A stretch of DNA of 64,000 bases from Bdellovibrionales bacterium (GTDB lineage Bacteria > Bdellovibrionota > Bdellovibrionia > Bdellovibrionales > JAGQZY01). Below, piece by piece: positions 1 through 7,474 of the stretch. How positions within the stretch are numbered: the first letter of the stretch is position 1; each line of letters opens with the position of its first letter. Made by a program: the position numbers and the translations under genes. Under the pieces are notes generated by a model. The model was not told the origin of the DNA. It searched no databases and worked only from the letters and a program-made list of their open reading frames with translations. The DNA lies in contig CAXRHT010000002.1 in assembly GCA_964230645.1 (NCBI GenBank), forward strand, positions 1,824,001 through 1,888,000, given 5' to 3'.

Positions 1-579
1 CAGGTTAAGAAAAAAGAAGGCACACCTCATTTTTGCCTTGCAGATTTCGTGGCTGGAGAAAGCAGCGGTGTCCAAGACTCCATAGGAGCTTTTGCCGTCA
101 CAGCAGGAGCTGAAGTCGATGAGATGGCTAAAGAGTATGAAGCCAAAAATGACGACTACTCTTCAATCATGATGAAAGCTGTCGGTGATCGACTGGCTGA
201 AGCTTTTGCAGAACATCTCCACGAAAAAGTGAGAAAAGAGTTTTATGGCATCGAAGAGTCTTTTACTAACGAAGAGCTCATTAAAGAGAACTACCAGGGT
301 ATCCGCCCCGCCATGGGATATCCCAGCTGCCCGGATCACACCGAAAAGCAAATTATTTGGGATTTAATGGATGTTGAAAAGAAGACCGGTGTCTCATTGA
401 CAGAGACCTATGCCATGAACCCACCAAGCTCTGTTTCCGGCTACTACCTTCTTCATCCCGAAGCGAAGTACTTTCATGTTGGCAAAATTGATAAGGATCA
501 AGTCGAAGACTACGCCGAGCGCAAAGGTGTGAGTGCTGAGTATATTGAAAAGTGGCTTGCGACCAATTTAGTTTACTAA
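1..579 (+). CDS. metH: Cobalamin-dependent methionine synthase, C-terminal activation domain (5'-truncated by window)
   Basis: Frame open from base 1; motifs [44 protein letters not shown]. Confidence 0.95.
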   Translation, partial: QVKKKEGTPHFCLADFVAGESSGVQDSIGAFAVTAGAEVDEMAKEYEAKNDDYSSIMMKAVGDRLAEAFAEHLHEKVRKEFYGIEESFTNEELIKENYQGIRPAMGYPSCPDHTEKQIIWDLMDVEKKTGVSLTETYAMNPPSSVSGYYLLHPEAKYFHVGKIDKDQVEDYAERKGVSAEYIEKWLATNLVY

Positions 580-584
580 GACAT

Positions 585-612
585 AAAAAAAGGGGCTTTC
601 AAAAAAGCCCCT
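585..612 (-). terminator. Intrinsic terminator between convergent metH and lipoprotein genes
   Basis: AGGGGCTTT/AAAGCCCCT stem preceded by an A-tract (U-tract on minus strand). Confidence 0.7.
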
Positions 613-663
613 AAGGTCGTTGCACTTAAAAAATGTCTGGTTCACATTCTCTAAATTTATAAA

Positions 664-1302
664 TTATTGTTTGTTGTAAGCTGTTCCAAGATCAAGATCT
701 GTTGGACGGTCATTTTCGGACTCACCCATTTGGGACACTCCACCTTGGTTCAAGTAAAGAGTGCTACCGTTACGCTTATAAACTCCGTAAAGAGTATTAG
801 GAACGGCTGGAACAAAACAACCATCAATGTTGTCGCTCTTTTCAGCAGGAACTTGTTTAGGTTCGCCCGCTTGGTAATTGTTGATCTCACAGTAGTTGAT
901 TCCGTTAAGGAAATCAGCTCCGGCTTCCGTTTCGGCTGTAACAAATGACTCTTCAAGGTCTACCTGAATGGTTCCCCCCTCAGACTCAGGAGCTCCGTCG
1001 CTATCGATGTTGAACGATCCACGCGCTTCAATTACTGCACTTGGATCACCTCCACAGTCACCGTTAGAATAAATATCACGGTACATAGTAAAGTTATCGG
1101 CAGCCTCAAAACGAAGAGTTTCTCTATAAGAAACACCAACACCAAAAGCTCCTACACCCACACAATTTTCATTGGCATAGCGGCCGTTTAGCTCAGGATC
1201 TTGGGTCACAGGATTGCTGGCAGAATCTTCACCACAGGCTGAAATCATAGTAGCAGCGAGTAGTCCACTAGCAAGAGTTAGAAGGGTGTTTTGCTTTTTC
1301 AT
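664..1302 (-). CDS. Hypothetical lipoprotein
   Basis: Signal peptide with lipobox ISAC; GGAG RBS; paired Cys residues. Confidence 0.75.
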   Translation of the reverse strand: MKKQNTLLTLASGLLAATMISACGEDSASNPVTQDPELNGRYANENCVGVGAFGVGVSYRETLRFEAADNFTMYRDIYSNGDCGGDPSAVIEARGSFNIDSDGAPESEGGTIQVDLEESFVTAETEAGADFLNGINYCEINNYQAGEPKQVPAEKSDNIDGCFVPAVPNTLYGVYKRNGSTLYLNQGGVSQMGESENDRPTDLDLGTAYNKQ

Positions 1303-1632
1303 TTTTACTCCATTTGGTTTGTTTGTTGTTGTTTCTACGGGAATGAAATTACTCGAAGACCTACTTTTAAAGTTTATTGAATTCTCTAAAGTGTGTGTAA
1401 ATTTGATGGCATTTTCTTTTTTACATACTTGATTTGTTTTTTTTCAAACCCACACCCCATTGAATTGTCACTTTTAAGAGACGCGACTCTGTGATCTTTT
1501 CAAGAGCCCGAGGTACTGAAGTTTATTTATGAGAACAATCCCACATTACTTTCCTTAAAAGGCGGGGATCAAAAACAACAAAATTAATTAACAATTAAAA
1601 TAAATCTATTGAATTTTTGGGGTAATGCTCAG

Positions 1633-2286
1633 CTAAGCCTTGTTGACCGCGATCGGCTTTTTTCTTTTGGGATAAAGGTCTTTACAAATCACACAGTCGA
1701 GACCGTAACAGCTTCGCGCTTTACAGTGTTCGCGACCATAGTAAATGATCTGTAAATGAAGATCGTTCCACAAGTCTTCAGGGAAAAGCTGTTTTAAGTC
1801 TTTCTCTGTTTGAGTAACATTTTTGCCATTTGTGAGCTTCCACCGTTGGGCTAAGCGATGAATATGAGTGTCCACAGGAAAGGCCGGGTGCCCAAACGCC
1901 TGACTCATCACCACACTCGCCGTTTTGTGCCCCACCCCGGGGAGAGCCTCTAAGTCTTCAAAGTTTTTAGGAACTTTGCCCTTATGTTTATCAATAAGAA
2001 TGTGGGAGAGATCATAAATAGCTTTTGATTTTCTAGGGCTAAGCCCGCATGGCCTAATAACCTCACGGATTTCCTCCACGCTTAACTTTATCATTTTCCT
2101 TGGAGTATCTGCTTTTTTAAAAAGAGTGGGTGTAACCTGGTTCACCCTTTCATCGGTGCACTGAGCGGACAATAGCACAGCGATCAATAAGGTATAGGGA
2201 TCTTTGTGCTTTAGCGGAATAGGTGGCTTGGGGTAAAGGGCCTGCAAAGTCTTTGCAACATGCTCAGCCCGCTCCTTTTTAGTAAT
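1633..2286 (-). CDS. nth: Endonuclease III (probable ATT start at 2286)
   Basis: LLSAQCTD, HhH LPGVGHKTA, VDTHIHR, C-terminal Fe-S Cys cluster. Confidence 0.93.
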   Translation of the reverse strand: MTKKERAEHVAKTLQALYPKPPIPLKHKDPYTLLIAVLLSAQCTDERVNQVTPTLFKKADTPRKMIKLSVEEIREVIRPCGLSPRKSKAIYDLSHILIDKHKGKVPKNFEDLEALPGVGHKTASVVMSQAFGHPAFPVDTHIHRLAQRWKLTNGKNVTQTEKDLKQLFPEDLWNDLHLQIIYYGREHCKARSCYGLDCVICKDLYPKRKKPIAVNKA

Positions 2287-2300
2287 ACCAAAATCCTTTT

Positions 2301-2771
2301 TTAAATGACTTCAACACCAGTGGCCACAAACTGAAACATGGTCTTTCCAGTTTTGATTTTTTTAACCTCTTCCATTTTCTTACCCTCATCCATCATGTAG
2401 TGACGAAGAGTGGGTGCTGAGACATGCTTTTTTTCAAGCTTGCCTTGAACACGAACTTTTTTTCCTAAGATGTCTTTAGGCACAAAAAAACCGTAGTCCT
2501 TAAAAAAGGTACGGACATATTTCTTGTTGTCTTTAAGAACCATCCAACAGCCCTTTTTTTCACAGACTTTTTTCGGGGTGGCCTCAAGGGTGATTGTTTT
2601 GCCTTCAAGGTTTTTGTAATTATCCATGGCTTTGGCCAAAGTCATAACGTCTTGCTTGTCGCCCATCTCACCGAAAACCTGGTTTTGGTGAAGCCCTGGA
2701 TCGGACTGAGGTCGAGCCTCAAGTGTGTAAGCCGCTAAAATAACGCATAAAAATGAGATCCATAGTTTCAT
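2301..2771 (-). CDS. DUF4920-like secreted protein
   Basis: Signal peptide; VCEKKGCWM and FKDYGFFVP motifs; start MKLW after GGAGG. Confidence 0.75.
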   Translation of the reverse strand: MKLWISFLCVILAAYTLEARPQSDPGLHQNQVFGEMGDKQDVMTLAKAMDNYKNLEGKTITLEATPKKVCEKKGCWMVLKDNKKYVRTFFKDYGFFVPKDILGKKVRVQGKLEKKHVSAPTLRHYMMDEGKKMEEVKKIKTGKTMFQFVATGVEVI

Positions 2772-2870
2772 AAATCCTCCCAAAGTGCCGACAACTATAC
2801 TGAAAAAGAGTCCACCTGTCTACGAGCGGGTAAAGGCGCTAAAACCCCGCGCTTTTCGCCAAAGGTCGAG

Positions 2871-2898
2871 TCAACTTTCTAAGTACTTAAACCGATAG
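2871..2898 (+). promoter_or_regulatory. Sigma28 (FliA)-type promoter of stator operon
   Basis: TCAAC-N15-ACCGATAG upstream of motA. Confidence 0.6.
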
Positions 2899-2931
2899 AA
2901 TTCTTAAGGAACTCTAACAAACGAGGAAACT

Positions 2932-3705
2932 GTGGATATAGCTACACTGATAGGACTCCTGGGAGCAGTCGGCGTTATTATTGCTGCGATTCTCATAGGC
3001 CCCAACCCTATGATGTTTGTGGATGTCACGTCCATACTGATTGTCTTTGGTGGTACCACTTTCGTGGTCGCCATGAAATTTAGTATCAAGCAACTACCCA
3101 ATGCCATTAAAGTGGCCATCAAGGCCTTCTCTTCTCGAACCGATCGCCCTGAAGATCTTATCGACCAGGTTTACGAGCTTGCAAAAGCCGCCAAAAAGAG
3201 TGGAATCCTTGCCTTAGAGTCCTTTGAAATTCAAAACGGTTTCCTTGAAAGAGGAATTATGATGCTTGTGGATGGCTATGATCCAGAAGTTATCCGAGAG
3301 ATCCTAACGAAAGAAAGAGATTTAACAATCACTCGTCACCAACAGGGACGAAAAATATTTGAAGCGGCCACCGATGTGGCTCCTGCCATGGGTATGATTG
3401 GTACCCTTATTGGTCTTGTGCAGATGCTTTCGAATATGAAAGATCCGAAATCCATTGGTCCTGCCATGGCCGTTGCTCTTCTCACCACACTTTATGGTGC
3501 TGTGATCGCCAACGTTTTTGCAGCCCCTATTGCTGACAAACTCGCCCTTCGCAGTGAAGAAGAAGAGAAAAACTACAACCTTTGTATCGATGCCATTATG
3601 GGTATTTCCTCTGGTCTCAATGCCAAAATCATCAAAGACTCTCTGAGAGAGTACTTACCCGCTCACCTTAAACGTCAATCTGAAGATATTTCGAAGGCTG
3701 CGTAA
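2932..3705 (+). CDS. motA: Flagellar stator A subunit (PomA-like)
   Basis: MDIATLIGL start; APAMGMIGTLIGLVQML; GPAMAVALLTTLYG. Confidence 0.92.
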   Translation: MDIATLIGLLGAVGVIIAAILIGPNPMMFVDVTSILIVFGGTTFVVAMKFSIKQLPNAIKVAIKAFSSRTDRPEDLIDQVYELAKAAKKSGILALESFEIQNGFLERGIMMLVDGYDPEVIREILTKERDLTITRHQQGRKIFEAATDVAPAMGMIGTLIGLVQMLSNMKDPKSIGPAMAVALLTTLYGAVIANVFAAPIADKLALRSEEEEKNYNLCIDAIMGISSGLNAKIIKDSLREYLPAHLKRQSEDISKAA

Positions 3706-3707
3706 CT

Positions 3708-4508
3708 ATGGCAAAAGAGCAAGAACAGAAAAAAGGGGCACCGGGATGGATGGCAACGTTTGCCGATCTGATGTCCCTTCTTTTAACATTCTTCGTTCTC
3801 CTTCTTTCGATGTCGGAAATCGATGCCACTCGCTTCCGTAAGGTTTCAGGTTCTTTAAAAATGGCTTTTGGTGTGCAAAGAAAAACGATTTTTGATGAGC
3901 CTCCAAAGGGTTCAAGTTTTATTCAGCAAGAGCACAGCGCGGGTGGTTCAAGATCCCCTATGAGTGTGGGTGGTTCTACAGCTAATATTATCGATCCTCA
4001 ACTCCAGCAGATCAAAAATACTATGGAGAAGCAGGACAAAATTGCTCAATTGCAAAAACAAAAGCGTCTTGAGCAGAACCTTAAAAAAGTATTTAGTAAG
4101 TTCGAAAACGAATGGCGCGCTGGAAAAGTAGAGATTGATAAGAAAGATGGAAACCTTATCATCCGTCTTTCAGAGAAAGCCGCTTTTAGCCCCAACCGAA
4201 CACGCCTAAAAAAGTCATTTGAAAATATGCTTATAAAGCTTTCGGAAGTGGCTCACGATGTGGATGGAGATATTATTGTCTCAGGTCACAGTGATGATAA
4301 GATTGTTCGCACAGGAAAGTTTAAATCCAATTGGGAGTTCTCTGCGGCTCGCGCTAACACGGTGGCTCAAGCTTTGATGAAAAAAGGCGACGTGGACCCA
4401 AGCCGACTCACCATTCAATCCCACGGACCGACTAAGCCTCTTGTGAGAAACAACTCAGATATTAATCGGACCAAGAATCGTCGTATCGAAGTGATTATTA
4501 AACACTAA
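3708..4508 (+). CDS. motB: Flagellar stator B subunit (PomB-like), OmpA-like C-terminus
   Basis: WMATFADLMSLLLTFFVLL; GHSD, SNWEFSAARA, NRRIEV. Confidence 0.92.
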   Translation: MAKEQEQKKGAPGWMATFADLMSLLLTFFVLLLSMSEIDATRFRKVSGSLKMAFGVQRKTIFDEPPKGSSFIQQEHSAGGSRSPMSVGGSTANIIDPQLQQIKNTMEKQDKIAQLQKQKRLEQNLKKVFSKFENEWRAGKVEIDKKDGNLIIRLSEKAAFSPNRTRLKKSFENMLIKLSEVAHDVDGDIIVSGHSDDKIVRTGKFKSNWEFSAARANTVAQALMKKGDVDPSRLTIQSHGPTKPLVRNNSDINRTKNRRIEVIIKH

Positions 4509-4556
4509 AGACTCTAATTAAGAGACAATCCTTTTTATTCTTGTTATGAAATTCCT

Positions 4557-5693
4557 ATGGAGCTTAGAGCCGGTGTTTTAGCCATTGGAAACGAAGTTGT
4601 TGAAGGACAAATCACCAACCGCAATGCGGCCTGGCTCTCTGAGCAACTCTCAGAAATGGGCATACAGCCTCTTTTTCACCTCAGCTGCCGTGATATTCAA
4701 AAGGAAATCGAAGACTCCCTTAATTTTCTAAGCCCCCAATGCCACCTCATTCTTGTTTCCGGAGGCCTCGGCCCCACCCGTGATGACTGCACCCGCCAGA
4801 CTCTGAGCCACTGGTTAGGCTCAGAATTAGTGCTTGATCAAAAAGCCTGGGATGAAATTCAAAATAAGATCAATAGCCGAAATCTGACTATTCGCGAAGG
4901 CCATAAGAACCAAGCCTATATTCCTAAAGGCTCCACCCTTCTTGCCAATAGCGTTGGAGTCGCACCGGGATTTTTCCTAAAAGCTGAGAATTCATTTTTA
5001 GCCTCTCTCCCCGGCCCTCCAGGGGAGCTCACCAAAATGTTTATTGATGAGCTAAAACCACAAATTGAAAAAGCCATGGCTCCTAAAAAAGAAAAGAGCC
5101 TCTACACTTGGGGATGTTTGGGAGCACCGGAATCAGAGATTGCTCATATTGCCGATAGTATTTTAGGCTCAGACCTTGAGGTTGGCTATAGGCTTCACCG
5201 TCCCTATGTTGAGGTCAAACTTTGGCTCACCCTTAAAGAAAAAGAGCTTCTGCAATCAAAGCTTGATCGCTTCCAAGAAAAAATCACCCCCTGGTTTGTT
5301 GGCCCAAGGATCTCAGATGTGCATAAGAATTTTCATCAATATCTTTCAAAATTTGAATATGTATTTATCATTGATCAACTGACCACAGGACTTTTGCTTG
5401 AGAAGTTAAAAGAGCACAAGCAAGCCACGAATTTGCGCTACCAGTGTTTTGAGCACTCAAGCTACCGCTATTTCTCAAAAGCCGAGGTGGAACAAATTAT
5501 TAAAGCCTTAAACTCAGGCCAAAGTGACAAACAGCTTTTCTTTGGACTTTTCCCGGCCGGCGACCACGCCGCGTGGGCCAGTTTCAACGATGAAATCCAT
5601 AAGATCGACATCCCCCACCGTTTTAAAATTAAGAGTCGTTACGGCGAACACTACGCCATCGAAAAAAGTTTCCTATTAAAACAAAATGGCTAA
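4557..5693 (+). CDS. cinA: Competence/damage-inducible protein CinA-like
   Basis: IGNEVVEGQITNRNA, SGGLGPTRDD, LPGPPGE; C-terminal domain divergent. Confidence 0.8.
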   Translation: MELRAGVLAIGNEVVEGQITNRNAAWLSEQLSEMGIQPLFHLSCRDIQKEIEDSLNFLSPQCHLILVSGGLGPTRDDCTRQTLSHWLGSELVLDQKAWDEIQNKINSRNLTIREGHKNQAYIPKGSTLLANSVGVAPGFFLKAENSFLASLPGPPGELTKMFIDELKPQIEKAMAPKKEKSLYTWGCLGAPESEIAHIADSILGSDLEVGYRLHRPYVEVKLWLTLKEKELLQSKLDRFQEKITPWFVGPRISDVHKNFHQYLSKFEYVFIIDQLTTGLLLEKLKEHKQATNLRYQCFEHSSYRYFSKAEVEQIIKALNSGQSDKQLFFGLFPAGDHAAWASFNDEIHKIDIPHRFKIKSRYGEHYAIEKSFLLKQNG

Positions 5694-6090
5694 ACGAAAA
5701 AAGAAGAAAACCCAAAAGAAGACTTTTCAACTCTCCTGGATCTATGAACCACTTGAGGAGTTCGAAGATTTTTTCACAAAAAGAATGTTCGGGGGTCTCG
5801 CTGTTTATGTTCACGGTAAAATGACTCTAGTGATCGCAGAAGATCCTGGTAAAAAAGAGTACCGCGGCGAAGTTTATGACTTCGATATTTGGAATGGTGT
5901 TCTTTTTCCTACCTACTATGAACTCCAAGAAAAAATCTTGAGGGATTATCCACAACTTGTTCAACACCCTATTTTAAAAAAATGGCTCTATATTCCAGTC
6001 AGTGACAACAATTTTGATGGGACTGTGGTCGGTATTGTGGAAAACATTGTCGAAAACGATGAACGCTTTGGTATTTATCCCAAAGTTTAA
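5686..6090 (+). CDS. TfoX N-terminal-like hypothetical protein
   Basis: KRMFGGLAVY motif; overlaps cinA stop. Confidence 0.55.
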   Translation: MAKRKKKKTQKKTFQLSWIYEPLEEFEDFFTKRMFGGLAVYVHGKMTLVIAEDPGKKEYRGEVYDFDIWNGVLFPTYYELQEKILRDYPQLVQHPILKKWLYIPVSDNNFDGTVVGIVENIVENDERFGIYPKV

Positions 6091-6092
6091 TC

Positions 6093-6869
6093 CTAAAAAT
6101 AAAGAACGCCCATTAAAGTCCACCGGTCGGCGTACTCTCCGTAAAAGGTAATTTCTAAATTCGAGTAAGGTCTCATTCCAATCCCCACCCAAAGTTGTTC
6201 GCTAAACTGGTTGCCAACCTCATTCAAAAAAACGTCGTAAGATAAGGAAACTGAAAAGATATCCACTCTGACGGCCATACCAGGTGTGACCAAAACGGGT
6301 TGATCTAAGACGGCTGGGTTTTCGGCATCACGCTTCGAAACATCAAGCGAAAAGGTAAACTGTGGCAAAACATAAGAGTAACCAATTCCAAGGGCCGATC
6401 GATAGTTATAAATCCCTCCTGGGTCTTCAAACTCAAACACCAATCCCACTCGGTGCAGACCGTTGGGATTAAAGAGCATTCCCATAGTGTAGAGATCTTG
6501 CTGAACCCCAAAGCCCAATCCAAAACCACCCCAGATCGCACTAACCGTTCCACGAACATAGGGATCGCAAACATCACAGCCATTAGAATAAGCTCCAACG
6601 GCAAATCCGTATTGAGTGTCCCCCACACCCGCTTCTAACCCGAAACTAGTGGACTCGGTTCCATCAAGGGCTGAGGTGAGGTGATAACCATCTTGGTAGG
6701 AAGAGGCCACCGGGTTTTCAAAAGTAAATCCATTGGAAAAAAGAGTGGGATGATTTTGAGAGGGCGAAGAAATGCCTTGGGAAATGGCCAAGGAGTTAAG
6801 GTTGTTAGCCCCTTGCTGGGCAAAGGCTGGAACCTTTAAGAAAAAAAGGAGTAAAATCAATAACCTCAC
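6093..6869 (-). CDS. Hypothetical outer-membrane beta-barrel-like protein
   Basis: Signal peptide from GTG 6869; amphipathic Gly/aromatic strands; terminal Phe. Confidence 0.6.
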   Translation of the reverse strand: MRLLILLLFFLKVPAFAQQGANNLNSLAISQGISSPSQNHPTLFSNGFTFENPVASSYQDGYHLTSALDGTESTSFGLEAGVGDTQYGFAVGAYSNGCDVCDPYVRGTVSAIWGGFGLGFGVQQDLYTMGMLFNPNGLHRVGLVFEFEDPGGIYNYRSALGIGYSYVLPQFTFSLDVSKRDAENPAVLDQPVLVTPGMAVRVDIFSVSLSYDVFLNEVGNQFSEQLWVGIGMRPYSNLEITFYGEYADRWTLMGVLYF

Positions 6870-7027
6870 ACCCTCGATGGTACTTTTTAATTCTCCTAAG
6901 GGCAAACCGTCTCAAACTGAGAAACAGGAAAAGGACTAGGCAAGAGGGTGACATTCTGTGTTCTTTGCTCTCAAGCGTGTGCCAAACCCATATGATCTCA
7001 AACCAGTTTCAATAGATCCAAAAAAAA

Positions 7028-7043
7028 CGGCACAATTCGTGAA
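7028..7043 (+). promoter_or_regulatory. Sigma54-type -24/-12 promoter (GA variant at -12)
   Basis: CGGCAC-AATTC-GTGAA; conserved in all three copies. Confidence 0.65.
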
Positions 7044-7053
7044 CTATATAAAA

Positions 7054-7161
7054 GACAGAAAGGCCATGATCCCCAGTCTGACCCTTTTTAAAAAATTAGA
7101 TCCCAAATCCCCATACCCCATATCCCCAAAGCCCAAGGCACCCACCTTGGGCTTTTATTTT
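7054..7161 (+). ncRNA. Candidate C-rich sRNA, copy 1
   Basis: Lies between promoter and terminator AAAGCCCAAGG-caccca-CCTTGGGCTTTT; repeated ATCCCC motifs. Confidence 0.7.
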
Positions 7162-7163
7162 AA

Positions 7164-7252
7164 TGTCGTCCAGAGCCCTCAAATGCCGTCCAGAGCTCTC
7201 AAACGTCGTCCTGAAGTAAAATTGTCGTCCTGAGGCGAAGCCGAAGGACCTG
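7164..7252 (+). repeat. REP-like degenerate tandem (4 units, period 20/20/19) ending in a GCGAAGC mini-hairpin unit
   Basis: Units TGTCGTCCAGAG, TGCCGTCCAGAG, CGTCGTCCTGAA, TGTCGTCCTGAGGCGAAGCCGAAGGACC. Confidence 0.75.
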
Positions 7253-7474
7253 TTTGAGCTCAATCGAAGTCTTACCTCATCCATGATTAAAATTAAGCAG
7301 AAATATAGCCACCTCAACAGAAAATCTGTGCCTAGACATTTTAGTTAGCTATCCCCATGGCAAATACAAGAATTTAGAGAGTAAAAACTGTGAAAGAGTT
7401 GAGCAGTCCTGCATTCTTTACCAATAATTATTCTTTTTTTAAGTTTTCGAATGAAATGGAATAATCTCTAAGCT

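Larger units (their letters stand above)
6909..7252 (+). repeat. ~344-bp direct repeat, copy 1 (upstream boxes + promoter + sRNA + REP-like tail)
   Basis: Colinear with 9237-9580 at a constant offset of 2328 bp. Confidence 0.95.

Noticed and set aside
7054..7161. CsrB/RsmZ-like GGA RNA on the minus strand
   Set aside because: Promoter and U-tailed terminator both point to the plus strand; minus-strand GGA motifs are not in ANGGA hairpin loops
6958..7233. 91-aa ORF and its twin at 9286-9561 as a duplicated protein gene
   Set aside because: Runs through promoter, terminator and REP units; copy 3 has a 1-nt deletion and a diverged 5' part; no usable RBS
7164..7252. CRISPR array
   Set aside because: Period only 19-20 bp, no unique spacers, no cas genes in the window
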